In this document: positions 20,618-30,661 of the stretch, one piece after another
Layout of the letters: every line of letters begins with the position of its first letter
Numbering within the stretch: position 1 is the stretch's first letter
From: Actinomyces sp.
GTDB lineage: Bacteria; Actinomycetota; Actinomycetes; Actinomycetales; Actinomycetaceae
Assembly (NCBI GenBank): GCA_029851875.1
Contig: JARKVC010000030.1
Location: 21,544-85,543 of the forward strand
DNA: 64,000 nt
Direction: 5' to 3'
Translations under genes and position numbers: made by a program
The notes under the pieces: model-generated
What the model was told of the DNA's origin: nothing
Database searches by the model: none
Seen by the model: the letters and a program-made list of their open reading frames with translations, nothing else

Positions 20618-21421
20618 GTGCCTGCCCGTCAGCATCCTCGCCTGCCTCGCCCCTCCTGGGACGACCTGTCAGCCAGGGCCGAGCTGTCGACGGCTCACCT
20701 GCGTGTGCTGGAGACGGTAGAGACCGCTCACCGACCGCTACGTGCCGCTGAGGTGGCACAGATGCTGGGCCTGCACCACAACACCGTGCGCGAGCACCTG
20801 GAGGCCCTCGTCAGCGCCGGCTTCGTCTCCGCCACCGCCCAGCCCACCGGCCGGCGAGGACGCCCCGCGCTGGCCTACACCGCCGTCGCCCCGGACCCTG
20901 GCGAGGTCCTGGACTCCTACCTCACCCTCCTCGACGTCATCGCCCAGACCCTGGGAAGCGGCGAGGACGCCGAGCGACTGGCCCACGAGATCGGGCGCCG
21001 CTGGGCGCACGAGACCACGCTCGGTGACGAGGCCGAAGCCAAGGAGGCCCACGCCGACCCAGCCGTCCAGGAGCCTGCTGGCCAGACCGAGGCCGGCAAG
21101 GCCGCCGACGACGCGGCTGGCGCCACTAACGACCCCGCCCAGGCTGACCTCGCCCAGCTCCTGGACCGTCTGCTGCCGGCACTCAACCGGATGGGTTTCG
21201 CCCCTGAGCCCGGCAAGGACGCGCTCGTCCTGCGCGCCTGCCCCCTGGTCACTGGCACGCGGGTGCCTCACGACATGGTCTGCCACATGCACGAGGGCTT
21301 CCTCAACGAGGCCCTGGCCTCCGTCGCGCCGCAGGAGGACCCACAGGTGCCTGGCGAGCGTCCCCGCCTGGTGCTTGCTCCCCTGCGTCCTGACGGCTGC
21401 CACCTGCGCTGGCAGCGCTGA
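20618..21421 (+). CDS. ArnR-like winged-HTH regulator with three C-terminal Cys (putative Fe-S/NO sensor)
   Basis: LGLHHNTVREHLEAL...GRRGRP HTH; RACPL, VCHMH and DGCHL cysteines; TAGGGT-N6-GTG leaderless start; sits in the nir/nar cluster. Confidence 0.72.
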   Translation: MPARQHPRLPRPSWDDLSARAELSTAHLRVLETVETAHRPLRAAEVAQMLGLHHNTVREHLEALVSAGFVSATAQPTGRRGRPALAYTAVAPDPGEVLDSYLTLLDVIAQTLGSGEDAERLAHEIGRRWAHETTLGDEAEAKEAHADPAVQEPAGQTEAGKAADDAAGATNDPAQADLAQLLDRLLPALNRMGFAPEPGKDALVLRACPLVTGTRVPHDMVCHMHEGFLNEALASVAPQEDPQVPGERPRLVLAPLRPDGCHLRWQR

Positions 21422-21434
21422 GGCGGCCGCGCCG

Positions 21435-22982
21435 CTAGACCGCCTCCAGGACGCCCTTGGCGCCCTTCTCCATGTCCGCGAAGACGTGGGTGACCATCGC
21501 GTAGTGCCCTGCGGCAGGTACCACGGCCTCGACGAAGCCTCCCTGAGCGGGCTGCAGGGCCAGAGCCTGCGACCCTCCGTGCCAGGCGCGTCCGGTCTCC
21601 TGCGGCCCGCCCAGAAGGTAGGTGCCCTCCACGAAGACCGTGTCGAGCTGCAGACCGACAACGTGGAAGGAGCTGGGCAGGCTGGGGCCGGCGTCGAGCA
21701 CCCACAGCCGCACGCGCTCCCCGGCACGAGCCTGCAGGGGCGCCAGAGCGTACTGGAAGGCCACCCCGTTGAAGCACAGGAGGTCCGGCGTCTTGGCGGC
21801 GATCTTGTCCGTCAGCGCCGTCGAGGCCGCGCCCGTGGCCGCCCCCTCCTGCTGGCCGGAGTCCGCGAGGTAGGTCTCGGCCTGGATGAGCAGGTACTCG
21901 CGGTCCACCTCGCCCAGGCCGTCTGGGTCGATGATGACGGCGCCGTACATCCCCGAGGCCAGGTGCAGGCTCATGGGGGCGGTGGAGCAGTGGTAGAGCC
22001 AGATGCCCGAGTGCTGGGCGGTGAAGGTGTAGACCAGGGACTCACCCGGGCCGATGGAGCGCATGGGCTCGTCCGGGGAGACGATCCCGGCGTGGAAGTC
22101 GACGGAGTGGCTCATGGTGCCCTCGTTGACGAGCGTGACCTCGAAGGTGTCCCCCACCTTGCCGCGCAGGACGGGTCCCGGCACGGTGCCGTTGTAGGTC
22201 CAGCGCGTCTGGTAGACCCCCGCTCCCACATAGGCCTGCTCGACCTCGGTGACCGTCAGGGTCACGCGGTGCACGCTCTGGTCCGCTGCCGGGGCGAGGG
22301 CGGCGTCGTAGGGCGTGAAGCCTGGTGGCAACGGTGCCTGCAGGTCGACGGCGGAGCCCACCTGCGTGCCGTGGCCCGCGTGGGCCTCGTGGTCCACGGG
22401 CGCGTCCGTGCCTAAGGCGGCAGCGCCTACAACCACCTGCATCACCATGCCTTGAGCGCGGTGCCCGGCGATCGAGCACCAGCCCTGGATCGGGCCGGTG
22501 ACCACGCCCGCCTCCAGCCGGGCGCTGTGGCCGGCCCGCACGCGGCCGGTGGTGGCCCCGGTGTCCAGGACGAGGTCGTGGACCTGGTCGGAGGTGTTGT
22601 CCAGGGTGATCACGAGTCGGTCCCCGGCCTCGACCGTCACCGTGTCGGGCACGAAGCGCATGCCCTCCACCCCCAGCGTGACCTCGACGGTCCGGCCGGT
22701 GGGCAGGACGCCGTCGTGCGCGCCGCCGCGCGAGCGCTCACGGACGGCGGAGGCCGCAGCCCCGACCACGGCGGCGGCGCCTGCGCTGAGCAGGCCGAGC
22801 AGGACCCCGCGCCGCCCCGCCCCGGCACCAGGTGCCTGACTGCCTCCCGCAGGCTCATCGCCTGCGCTCCCCGTCCCTCGAGCCGGGGCCGGGGCGGTTC
22901 CGGCGGTGACCTCGCGGCGAGAGGCGGCTGCGACAGGGCGCGCGGCGTCCTGCGGGTCGGGCTCAGTGGTGGTCTCAGGCAC
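21435..22982 (-). CDS. nirK: Copper-containing nitrite reductase with extra N-terminal cupredoxin domain and RR-type signal/anchor
   Basis: HSVDFHA, YHCSTAPMSLHLASGMYG, SSFHVVG and VTH motifs match CuNIR T1/T2 Cu ligands with catalytic Asp/His; HDL...CSIAGHRAQGM cupredoxin; GTG with AAAGGAG RBS. Confidence 0.82.
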   Translation of the reverse strand: MPETTTEPDPQDAARPVAAASRREVTAGTAPAPARGTGSAGDEPAGGSQAPGAGAGRRGVLLGLLSAGAAAVVGAAASAVRERSRGGAHDGVLPTGRTVEVTLGVEGMRFVPDTVTVEAGDRLVITLDNTSDQVHDLVLDTGATTGRVRAGHSARLEAGVVTGPIQGWCSIAGHRAQGMVMQVVVGAAALGTDAPVDHEAHAGHGTQVGSAVDLQAPLPPGFTPYDAALAPAADQSVHRVTLTVTEVEQAYVGAGVYQTRWTYNGTVPGPVLRGKVGDTFEVTLVNEGTMSHSVDFHAGIVSPDEPMRSIGPGESLVYTFTAQHSGIWLYHCSTAPMSLHLASGMYGAVIIDPDGLGEVDREYLLIQAETYLADSGQQEGAATGAASTALTDKIAAKTPDLLCFNGVAFQYALAPLQARAGERVRLWVLDAGPSLPSSFHVVGLQLDTVFVEGTYLLGGPQETGRAWHGGSQALALQPAQGGFVEAVVPAAGHYAMVTHVFADMEKGAKGVLEAV

Positions 22983-25455
22983 GGTGAGTCTCCTTTGCAG
23001 GCCCAGACAGGGCACCAACGGGAAGCTGGACGGCGCCCGCAGCACCTGCGGGCGGTCCGATCGTCAGGCTCGTGGCCACGACGTCGTCGTCCCCGCGACG
23101 GGTACGACGGACCAGCTCGCGCAGGCTCAGCCCCATGCCCACGATCACGTAGGCGGCCACTGCGCCGGCGAGCGTCCCGCCTGCCGCACGCACGGACCAG
23201 GGCAGGGGTGTGAGCACCGCGAGCGCCAGCCCCGCGTTGGTCGCCGTGACCCGCCAGGAGGCGGCACGGTCCATGACGCGGTTGGTCACGCGGGTGGTGG
23301 CCGCTCCCCCGCCGAGCATGACGGGGGTGAGGTAGCTCAGGGCTGCTGCCAGCACCTGGAGGGCGAAGCCTGCCGCCAGCGGCAGGCGCAGGAGGTGCAT
23401 GACCTCGCGAGCCTCCTCCAGGCTGTGCGCCGTCGTCACGCCCAGGCCGATCCATCCCACGCAGCCCAGGAACCACACGAGTGCGGCGGCGCTCGAGGCG
23501 GTGGAGAAGGAGGTGGGTGGCACCCGACGGGCCGTGTGGCAGGCTGGCACGACGACACCGGCGGCCCCGGCCAGGTAGACCAGGGCCCCCAGGCCCGCAG
23601 CCGGCTGCCACAGGCCCGAGCAGGCGACCATCGCGGTCCCGGCGACCAGTGCTGGCAGGCCCCGGGTCGTCCACGTCGGGGCGTAGGGCTCCATCCTGGT
23701 GCGCAGCATGGTGGGCCACAGCACGGTGAGGGTGCCCAGCACCGTGGTTCCCACGAAGCCCAGCAGCATGGTGGTGGTGTGGGCCAGGTAGAAGACGTCC
23801 GAGAGCCGGGCCGAGCCGTGCTCCGAGGCCCGGCTGGTGAGGTAGCCGAGCACCGCCCCCACGGCGAGCAGGAGCAGGGCGAGGGCGTAGTGGACCGCGA
23901 GCGCCGCCAGGCGCGGGGCGACGGCGCGGCGGTACTGGATGAGGATCGCTACCGCCCCGGCCCCGGCCGCGGCCGCCACCAGGGTCATCCCGGTCACCGT
24001 CAGCACCGGGCGGTGAGCGGTGATGCCGGTCAGGACCGCGAGCGCACCCAGGCTGTGCGTCGCCAGGCGGCCCTCCAGCAGCACCGCGCCTCCCAGCGCC
24101 GGGCGGTGCAGGAGGGTGTCGGCGAAGTGGGCCGACCACACGGTGATGGCTGAGCCGATCCCGCCCAGGAGCAGGGCGTGCAGCGCCAGCCACTGCCCCC
24201 AGGCGGCCAGCGGACCGGTCAGGACCCCGGTCTCCAGGACCCCGGCGAGGAGGATCCAGGCCACGACGACGACGTTGCGGCGTAGCTGCTCACGGCGCCG
24301 GCGTCCCCGCGTCGGTCTCGGGGGACGGGCCTGCGCGCTGCCAGGGAGCGCGGGGCCTGCGGCGACCGGTGCCCTCAGGGCTCCGGCTCGCAGCGTGGTC
24401 GTCACGACGACCAGCATGAGGACGAGCACCGCCAGGACCCCGGCCACGCCTCCGACCTGCCAGACCTGGACCTGCGAGGTGACCAGGCCCAGCACGCGTA
24501 CCGCCAGCCCCAGGTGCAGCAGGGCGAAGGGCACCCACATGCCCCGGTGGTAGGGCAGTCGCCGGTGAAGGAGGGCCGGCAGGATCGTGGGGGCGTGGGC
24601 GAGGACCATCGAGAAGGCGAAGCCGAGCGTGAGCGCGTGGACGACGACCTCGTAGGCCGCCCCGGCCCCGGCGCCCCAGGGGGCCAGCGCCCAGGCCAGG
24701 GCGCCGGCTGCGAGCCAGAGGTAGCCGGCCAGCATGCACCAGGCGGCCAGGCGGACGCCCCCGTGGCTGCCTGCGGTACGGCGGGCGACGTCGTACCACG
24801 CCATGACGACGGCGAGCCCGAGCAGGGCCGGTGCGCTCACGAGCCGGCCCAGGTCGGTGACAGGCAGGGCGCAGGCACCCAGCAGCGTCGCGGCGCTCAG
24901 GGCACGCACGGTGGTCTCGACCGCGGGGTCGAGGAAGGCCACACGCGCCAGCTCCAGGCGCTCGCCGACGACGGTGAGCACCGGGAAGAGCAGCCAGAGC
25001 GGCACCGCAGGCACCACCTCGCTGCCTGTGAGCCAGATGAGGTTGCCCAGCACCAGGGCCAGGGCGCCCGTCAGCTGCACGTCCAGGGCGGGTGAGGCCG
25101 CGCGGCGGTAGACAGTCGCGTAGACCGCCACCAGGACCAGGCTGGAAGCCAGGACGAGCGCCTGGCCCAGCCCCTGCGGTGCTCCTGCCACCAGCAGGAG
25201 GCAGCCGACGGCGCTGAGTCCGGGAGCGGCCAGGGCCCACCGGGCACGCAGCGCCACCGCGCGCTCCAGGCCGATGAGCGTGCCGAGGAAGCCCATCAGC
25301 ATGAGCGGGCCGTGCAGCGCGGCAAGGCGCGCGCTCAGCGTCCCGGACACCGGAGCCCAGGTCCCCAGGCGCAGCAGCGCAGCGTCCAGGCCGCTCAGTA
25401 CACAGGCCCCGGCCAGGGCGAGCAGCGCAAGACGCGGCACCACCTTGTTTTTCAC
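22975..25455 (-). CDS. 826-aa polytopic membrane protein, two fused His-bearing (NnrS/heme-Cu oxidase subunit I-like) halves
   Basis: Hydrophobic throughout; LHGPLMLMGF, VHALTLGF..LAH, LHALLLGG, SAHF and LAHTTTMLLGF motifs; Pro/Arg-rich linker between the halves; overlaps the nirK start. Confidence 0.6.
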   Translation of the reverse strand: MKNKVVPRLALLALAGACVLSGLDAALLRLGTWAPVSGTLSARLAALHGPLMLMGFLGTLIGLERAVALRARWALAAPGLSAVGCLLLVAGAPQGLGQALVLASSLVLVAVYATVYRRAASPALDVQLTGALALVLGNLIWLTGSEVVPAVPLWLLFPVLTVVGERLELARVAFLDPAVETTVRALSAATLLGACALPVTDLGRLVSAPALLGLAVVMAWYDVARRTAGSHGGVRLAAWCMLAGYLWLAAGALAWALAPWGAGAGAAYEVVVHALTLGFAFSMVLAHAPTILPALLHRRLPYHRGMWVPFALLHLGLAVRVLGLVTSQVQVWQVGGVAGVLAVLVLMLVVVTTTLRAGALRAPVAAGPALPGSAQARPPRPTRGRRRREQLRRNVVVVAWILLAGVLETGVLTGPLAAWGQWLALHALLLGGIGSAITVWSAHFADTLLHRPALGGAVLLEGRLATHSLGALAVLTGITAHRPVLTVTGMTLVAAAAGAGAVAILIQYRRAVAPRLAALAVHYALALLLLAVGAVLGYLTSRASEHGSARLSDVFYLAHTTTMLLGFVGTTVLGTLTVLWPTMLRTRMEPYAPTWTTRGLPALVAGTAMVACSGLWQPAAGLGALVYLAGAAGVVVPACHTARRVPPTSFSTASSAAALVWFLGCVGWIGLGVTTAHSLEEAREVMHLLRLPLAAGFALQVLAAALSYLTPVMLGGGAATTRVTNRVMDRAASWRVTATNAGLALAVLTPLPWSVRAAGGTLAGAVAAYVIVGMGLSLRELVRRTRRGDDDVVATSLTIGPPAGAAGAVQLPVGALSGPAKETHRA

Positions 25456-25473
25456 AAGGCAAACCGTAATAAA
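25446..25473 (-). promoter_or_regulatory. Putative operator over the nirK-operon promoter and start
   Basis: TTTATTAC-N10-GTGAAAAACA; near match upstream of narK; contains the TACGGT -10 hexamer. Confidence 0.6.
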
Positions 25474-25691
25474 CTTGCCTTAACGCGGCAACGGTGGCGG
25501 CGATGACGTCCCCCTCACCGCCACCCCACGCCGTCGCCCGCGAGGACCAGGACCAAGGACAGACACCACGGAGCACAGATGAGCCAGCGCCCCGCACCCC
25601 TCCACCGCACCGTGCTCGAGGCCTCAGACGGCTTCGTGCGAGTTCAGACCCTGCGCACCGCCTGGGCCTGAGGGCCCGTTACCATCGCCCT

Positions 25692-26816
25692 ATGACCCGC
25701 TTGGCTGACCTGGCCTGTGCGTCCGGTACACCCGTGGCGGTCCCGGAGGTGCTCGTGGACCGCCACGGGCGCACCGTGCACGACCTGCGGCTGTCGGTGA
25801 CCGACCGCTGCAACCTGCGCTGCACCTACTGCATGCCCGCCGAGGGCCTGGAGTGGCTTCCGACGCCGTCCCTGCTCTCTGTCCAGGAGATCGCTCGCCT
25901 GGCACGCCTGGGGGTGGAACGGCTGGGAGTCGAGCGCATCCGCCTGACCGGGGGCGAGCCGCTCATGCGCAAGGACCTGGAGGAGATCGTCGCCTCGCTC
26001 TGCGTGCTGCGATCGGCGCGGACCGCCGCCAAGCCGGACATCGGGATCACCACCAACGGCCTCGGCCTGGACAAGCGCGCCCCCCGCCTGCGCGCGGCCG
26101 GCCTGGACCGGGTCAACGTCTCGATCGACACCCTGGACCCCCACGAGTACACCCTGACCACGCGCCGCGACCGCCTGGAGGACGTCCTGCACGGCGTGGC
26201 CGGCGCCGAGGCCGCAGGCCTGGCCCCCATCAAGGTCAACGCGGTGGCGGTGCCGGGCACGCTGGACCGCAGGGCTGCGCGCCTGCTGGCCGAGTGCCTG
26301 CGCCGGGGCTGGCTGCTGCGCTTCATCGAGCACATGCCGCTGGGGCCGCGCGAGTCCTGGAGCCCCGAGCAGGTCGTGGGGCAGGAGGAGATCCTCCAGG
26401 TCCTCACCCAGGCAGGCTTCACCCTGCGGCCGGCCGGGCGCGCCGACCGCCGCCCTGCCACCCTGTGGCACGTCGAGGCCGGTTACCTGGACCCTCGGGC
26501 GCTGTCCACCCACGAGGGGGCGGGAGCCTACCCGGCAGGAAGCGTCGGGATCATCTCCTCGGTCACCGCTCCCTTCTGCCACGACTGCGACCGCACACGG
26601 ATCACGGCAGACGGCCGGCTCATGACCTGCCTGTTCTCCTCCACCGAGACGGACCTGCGCACGCCGATGCGCCAGGGCGCCACCGACGACGACCTCATCC
26701 GCACCTGGGCCAGGGCGACCTGGGTCAAGCCGCTGGCTCACGGCAGCGACGAGCCCTGGGCGCTTCCGGACGGCTTCGCCAGGCCCGTCCGGACGATGTC
26801 CGCCATCGGCGGGTAA
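25692..26816 (+). CDS. moaA: GTP 3',8-cyclase
   Basis: LRLSVTDRCNLRCTYCMP, FCHDCDRTR..C and C-terminal MSAIGG. Confidence 0.96.
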   Translation: MTRLADLACASGTPVAVPEVLVDRHGRTVHDLRLSVTDRCNLRCTYCMPAEGLEWLPTPSLLSVQEIARLARLGVERLGVERIRLTGGEPLMRKDLEEIVASLCVLRSARTAAKPDIGITTNGLGLDKRAPRLRAAGLDRVNVSIDTLDPHEYTLTTRRDRLEDVLHGVAGAEAAGLAPIKVNAVAVPGTLDRRAARLLAECLRRGWLLRFIEHMPLGPRESWSPEQVVGQEEILQVLTQAGFTLRPAGRADRRPATLWHVEAGYLDPRALSTHEGAGAYPAGSVGIISSVTAPFCHDCDRTRITADGRLMTCLFSSTETDLRTPMRQGATDDDLIRTWARATWVKPLAHGSDEPWALPDGFARPVRTMSAIGG

Positions 26817-26880
26817 GGCCCAGCCGGAAACACCGGCCTCGTCCCTGCTCCCCACCCACCCGTCAGGAAGGTTGCCCACC

Positions 26881-27156
26881 ATGAGCGAGCCCGTCCAGGA
26901 GACCATCAGCCTGGAGGTCCACTACTTCGCCGCCGCGACCGAGGCAGCCGGTCGCACCCAGGAGCGGCTGGAGGTACCCAGCGGCACCACGCTCGCCGCG
27001 CTGCGCGAGCAGCTGGCCGGACGCGGCCTGGCCATGGCCAAGGTCGTTGCGGTCTCCAGCTACCTCGTCAACTCCCTGTCCACGCCCGCGGACTCGCTCA
27101 CGGCGCTCTCAGACGGGGACCGTGTCGACGTCCTGCCCCCCTTCGCCGGCGGCTGA
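26881..27156 (+). CDS. moaD: Molybdopterin synthase sulfur carrier
   Basis: VHYFAAA...VDVLPPFAGG C-terminal GG. Confidence 0.92.
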   Translation: MSEPVQETISLEVHYFAAATEAAGRTQERLEVPSGTTLAALREQLAGRGLAMAKVVAVSSYLVNSLSTPADSLTALSDGDRVDVLPPFAGG

Positions 27157-27187
27157 GGCGCCTGGCCGCCGGCCAGCCACCACGCGC

Positions 27188-27667
27188 TCAGGCGATGTTG
27201 GACCACTCACGGGTGCCGTCGGCGAAGAGCTGGTGCTTCCACACCGGCATGCGCTTCTTGACCTCCTCAACGAGGTCGTGCACGGCCTCGAAGGCCGGCG
27301 CACGGTGGTCCGCGCTCACGGCCACCCCCAGCGCTGTCTGGCCGATCTCCAGGTCCCCGACCCGGTGGACGACGGCGAGCGCCCGCAGGCCCGGGCGGTC
27401 AGCGACCTCGGCAGCGATCTGGGCGACGACGTCGCTGGCGGTGGGGTGGGCGCTGTAGGCGATCCCGCGCACCCCGCGCCCGCCGTCGTGGTCGCGCACC
27501 ATCCCGTCAAAGGTGACGACGGCGCCGGCGCCGCGGTCCTCGACGCTGGCAGCCAGCTCGGCCACGCTCACCGGGGCCTGAGTCACCTCCGCGCGCACCA
27601 CGCGCGCCGCCCTGCCCACGGCCCCGGCTCCGCTCGGCCCCTGCGTGGCCGGCACGCTGCTGTCCAT
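27188..27667 (-). CDS. moaE: Molybdopterin synthase catalytic subunit
   Basis: GAVVTFDGMVRDH, HRVGDL and VKKRMPVWKHQ; start at MDSS with GGAGG. Confidence 0.93.
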   Translation of the reverse strand: MDSSVPATQGPSGAGAVGRAARVVRAEVTQAPVSVAELAASVEDRGAGAVVTFDGMVRDHDGGRGVRGIAYSAHPTASDVVAQIAAEVADRPGLRALAVVHRVGDLEIGQTALGVAVSADHRAPAFEAVHDLVEEVKKRMPVWKHQLFADGTREWSNIA

Positions 27668-27838
27668 CAGTCCTCCGTAGGTCCCCGGTCCTGGGCGCGG
27701 GCTGGGCGCCCGTCGCGGCGACGACGCTACACGGGCCCTGCCTCCCCCGCTCGCCCCGCCACGCGCCGGGGCGGCTCGGCGATCTGCCTGCCCGCGCGGC
27801 ATGATGGACCTCAGTCCCGCACCACCACAGGAGGAGCC

Positions 27839-29290
27839 GTGCCGCAGATGATTCCCGTCGAGGACTACGTCGCTCAGGTCCTGGCCCCGCTCCGCCCCCT
27901 GGTCAGCGTGGAGCTGCCCCTGACACAGGCCCACGGCCTGGTCCTGGCCGAGGACGTGACCGCGGCCCTGCCCGTCCCGCCCTGGACGAACTCGGCCATG
28001 GACGGTTACGCGGTGCGGGCCACGGACACGGCCGGCGCCACGGCGAGCGCGCCCGTCGTCCTGCCGGTGGCCGGCGACGTCCCGGCCGGCTCTCTGCCGC
28101 CCGCGCTCCAGGCCGGCACGGCCATGCGCATCATGACCGGCGCGATGCTGCCCGAGGGCGCCGACGCCGTGGTCAAGGCGGAGGACACCGACCAGCAGGC
28201 CGGTCCCCACCCGCTGCCCTCCCAGGTCGCGGTCCGCGCCCGGGCCTGCGTGGGCCTGGCCGTACGCAGGGCCGGTGAGGACGTCGCCGCCGGTGACCCG
28301 GTCCTGGGCGCAGGCACCCTCCTGTCAGCCACGGCGCTCTCAGCCCTGGCCTCGGTAGGCCGCGCGCGGGTGCGGGTCCTGCCGCGGGTGAGGGTCGCCG
28401 TCGTCTCCACCGGCTCCGAGCTGGTGGAGCCCGGGGAGCCGCTCAGCCCCGCCACCGTCCCGGACTCCAACAGCCTGCTGCTGGCAGGGCTGGTGGAGGA
28501 GGCTGGCGGCCTGGTCACCTTCACCGCCCGCGCCGGGGACACGCTGGAGTCCCTGGAGACGGTGCTGGCTGAGGCTGCGGGCCAGGCGGACCTCGTGCTC
28601 ACCTCCGGGGGCGTGTCCGCCGGCGCCTTCGACCCGCTCACGATGCTCGGCCAGGCAGGCCCCGAGCACCTGCACGCCCTGGCCGGCGCGGACCTGTCCT
28701 TTGCCAAGGTGGCCATGCAGCCGGGCAAGCCTCAGGGGCACGGCACCCTGCGCACCTCCGCCACCGCGCAGGCCGGCCCAGGTCGCGAGGTGCCGATCCT
28801 CATGCTCCCGGGCAACCCGGTCAGCGTCCTGGTCTCCTTCACCCTCGTCGTCGCCCCGGCACTGGCGCGCCTGGGCGGTTTCGACGGCGTGGCCACCAGC
28901 ACCGAGGCCACCCCCTCGACCCGCCCGGCCGCGCCGCCCGAGCCTGTGCCCGCCCGGGCCGCCGTCGCCTGGCGCAGCCCCGCCGGGCGACGTCAGTACC
29001 TGGCCGTGCGCGCCGTCCCTGCCCCGCAGGCCGCTGCGGGCCAGGCCGAGAGCCCCTCCGCCTCATCCGGCCCCGCGGACCAGTCGCTGTGGGTCGCTCC
29101 GACGCACTACCTCGGCTCGGGCTCGCACCTCGCGGCCTCCGTGGCCCGCGCCCAGGCCCTGGCCGTGGTCCCGGCCGAGGCCGACGGCGTGGGCCAGGGC
29201 GATCAGGTCCGCCTGCTCGCCCTGCCATCCCCTCCCGTGCCCGGAGGTGACCGTCTGCCTGTCGGCTACCAGCCTCCTGGCCACCGGTAG
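27839..29290 (+). CDS. moeA: Molybdopterin molybdotransferase
   Basis: NSAMDGYA, IMTGAMLP, STGSEL, SGGVSAG, MQPGKP and LPGNPVS; GGAGGAG RBS. Confidence 0.94.
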   Translation: MPQMIPVEDYVAQVLAPLRPLVSVELPLTQAHGLVLAEDVTAALPVPPWTNSAMDGYAVRATDTAGATASAPVVLPVAGDVPAGSLPPALQAGTAMRIMTGAMLPEGADAVVKAEDTDQQAGPHPLPSQVAVRARACVGLAVRRAGEDVAAGDPVLGAGTLLSATALSALASVGRARVRVLPRVRVAVVSTGSELVEPGEPLSPATVPDSNSLLLAGLVEEAGGLVTFTARAGDTLESLETVLAEAAGQADLVLTSGGVSAGAFDPLTMLGQAGPEHLHALAGADLSFAKVAMQPGKPQGHGTLRTSATAQAGPGREVPILMLPGNPVSVLVSFTLVVAPALARLGGFDGVATSTEATPSTRPAAPPEPVPARAAVAWRSPAGRRQYLAVRAVPAPQAAAGQAESPSASSGPADQSLWVAPTHYLGSGSHLAASVARAQALAVVPAEADGVGQGDQVRLLALPSPPVPGGDRLPVGYQPPGHR

Positions 29291-29335
29291 CCGCCGGCCC
29301 CGTCCTTCACTCCTCTCACGACCCAAGGAGCACCC

Positions 29336-29872
29336 GTGTCCCCCTCTCCGATCCGCCTGACCCACCTGGACGAGGCCGGAGCCGCCTACATGGTCGACGT
29401 CACCGCCAAGCAGCCCACCGTGCGCACCGCCAGCGCCAGCGCCTTCGTCAGCTGCTCGCCCGCGATCGTGGACGCCCTGCGGGAGGGGAGCGTGCCCAAG
29501 GGCGACGTGCTCGCCGTCGCCAGGGTCGCCGGCATCGCCGCGGCCAAGAAGGTCCCCGACCTGCTCCCCCTGGCTCACGTCATCGGCGTCCACGGCTGCC
29601 AGGTGGACCTGACGCTCGAGGACGAGGGCGTGCGTATCGAGACCACCGTGCGCACCGCTGACCGCACGGGGGTGGAGATGGAGGCCCTCACCGCCGCGAC
29701 CGTGGCCGCTCTCGCCGTCGTGGACATGGTCAAGGGCGTGGACCGCGCGGTGGCGCTGCGCGAGGCGAAGGTGACGGCGAAGTCGGGCGGCCGCTCCGGC
29801 GACTGGGTGCGCCCGGCTGACGGCGAGGACCGCGAGGGTGCTGCGCCAGCCGCGTCCCCAGGAGCACCGTGA
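29336..29872 (+). CDS. moaC: Cyclic pyranopterin monophosphate synthase
   Basis: LTHLDE..MVDV, KGDVL, TGVEMEALT and KSGGRSG. Confidence 0.95.
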   Translation: MSPSPIRLTHLDEAGAAYMVDVTAKQPTVRTASASAFVSCSPAIVDALREGSVPKGDVLAVARVAGIAAAKKVPDLLPLAHVIGVHGCQVDLTLEDEGVRIETTVRTADRTGVEMEALTAATVAALAVVDMVKGVDRAVALREAKVTAKSGGRSGDWVRPADGEDREGAAPAASPGAP

Positions 29873-30642
29873 GCGCACCGAGCCCGCCGCCCGCACCCAC
29901 CCTCTCCTTCGACGTCGTCGTCCTGGCAGGCGGTACCGGGCGCAGGCTGGGCGGGGCCTCCAAGCCCGACGTCGTGGCCCGCGGCCGACGGCTGCTCGAT
30001 CACGTCCTGGACGGGCTAGGGCACCTACGCACCCAGGGGCCTGGCGGCCCTCGGCGGGTGGTCGTCGTCGCGCCCGAGCAGGTGAGCCTGCCCGCCGGCG
30101 TGCTGCGCGCGCTGGAGGACCCGCCCCTGGGCGGGCCGGTCGCCGGCATCGCCGCAGGCGTCCTGGCCCTGGCCGCCGACGCCGAGGCGGGCGGCGGTCA
30201 GCCGAACGAGGTCACGGCGCTGCTGGCCTGTGACGCCCCACGGTCCTGGCGCACCCTGCCGGTGCTGGCGGCGCGGCTGACGGCGGCCCAGGAGGAGGGC
30301 CAGGCGCTCGACGGCGTCGTCGGCGTGGTGCCGCAGGAGGGGGGAGGCCGTCACGTCCAGCACCTGGTCGGGGTCTACCGCACCGGGGCCCTGCGCGCGC
30401 TCGTGGCGCCGGGCGGGGTGGGGCTGAGGGACGTCTCGGTGCACCGGACCTTCGCGCGCCTGCGCCTGGGCCAGGTGGACCTGTCCCGGGAGGAGGGCCT
30501 GGACCGGGCGGCGCAGGACCTGGACACCTGGGAGGAGGTGCGCCGGTGGGAGCGCCTCGGACACTCCAGCCCCGCCGCCACGTCTCCCGGCTCGGCCGTC
30601 ACAGCCGTACGCGCCGGGCACCGCCGCCAGGTCGATCTCTGA
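29869..30642 (+). CDS. mobA: Molybdenum cofactor guanylyltransferase-like NTP transferase
   Basis: LAGGTGRRLGG..K, GGPVAGI, LACD and DLDTWEE. Confidence 0.8.
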   Translation: MSAPSPPPAPTLSFDVVVLAGGTGRRLGGASKPDVVARGRRLLDHVLDGLGHLRTQGPGGPRRVVVVAPEQVSLPAGVLRALEDPPLGGPVAGIAAGVLALAADAEAGGGQPNEVTALLACDAPRSWRTLPVLAARLTAAQEEGQALDGVVGVVPQEGGGRHVQHLVGVYRTGALRALVAPGGVGLRDVSVHRTFARLRLGQVDLSREEGLDRAAQDLDTWEEVRRWERLGHSSPAATSPGSAVTAVRAGHRRQVDL

Positions 30643-30661
30643 CCAACCCAGGCCCGAGCCC

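Noticed and set aside
20529-20720. 63-aa ORF with good GGAGG RBS, possibly a frameshifted N-terminus of the regulator
   Set aside because: No recognisable motifs; TAGGGT-N6-GTG at 20618 explains an intact regulator. Not fully excluded.
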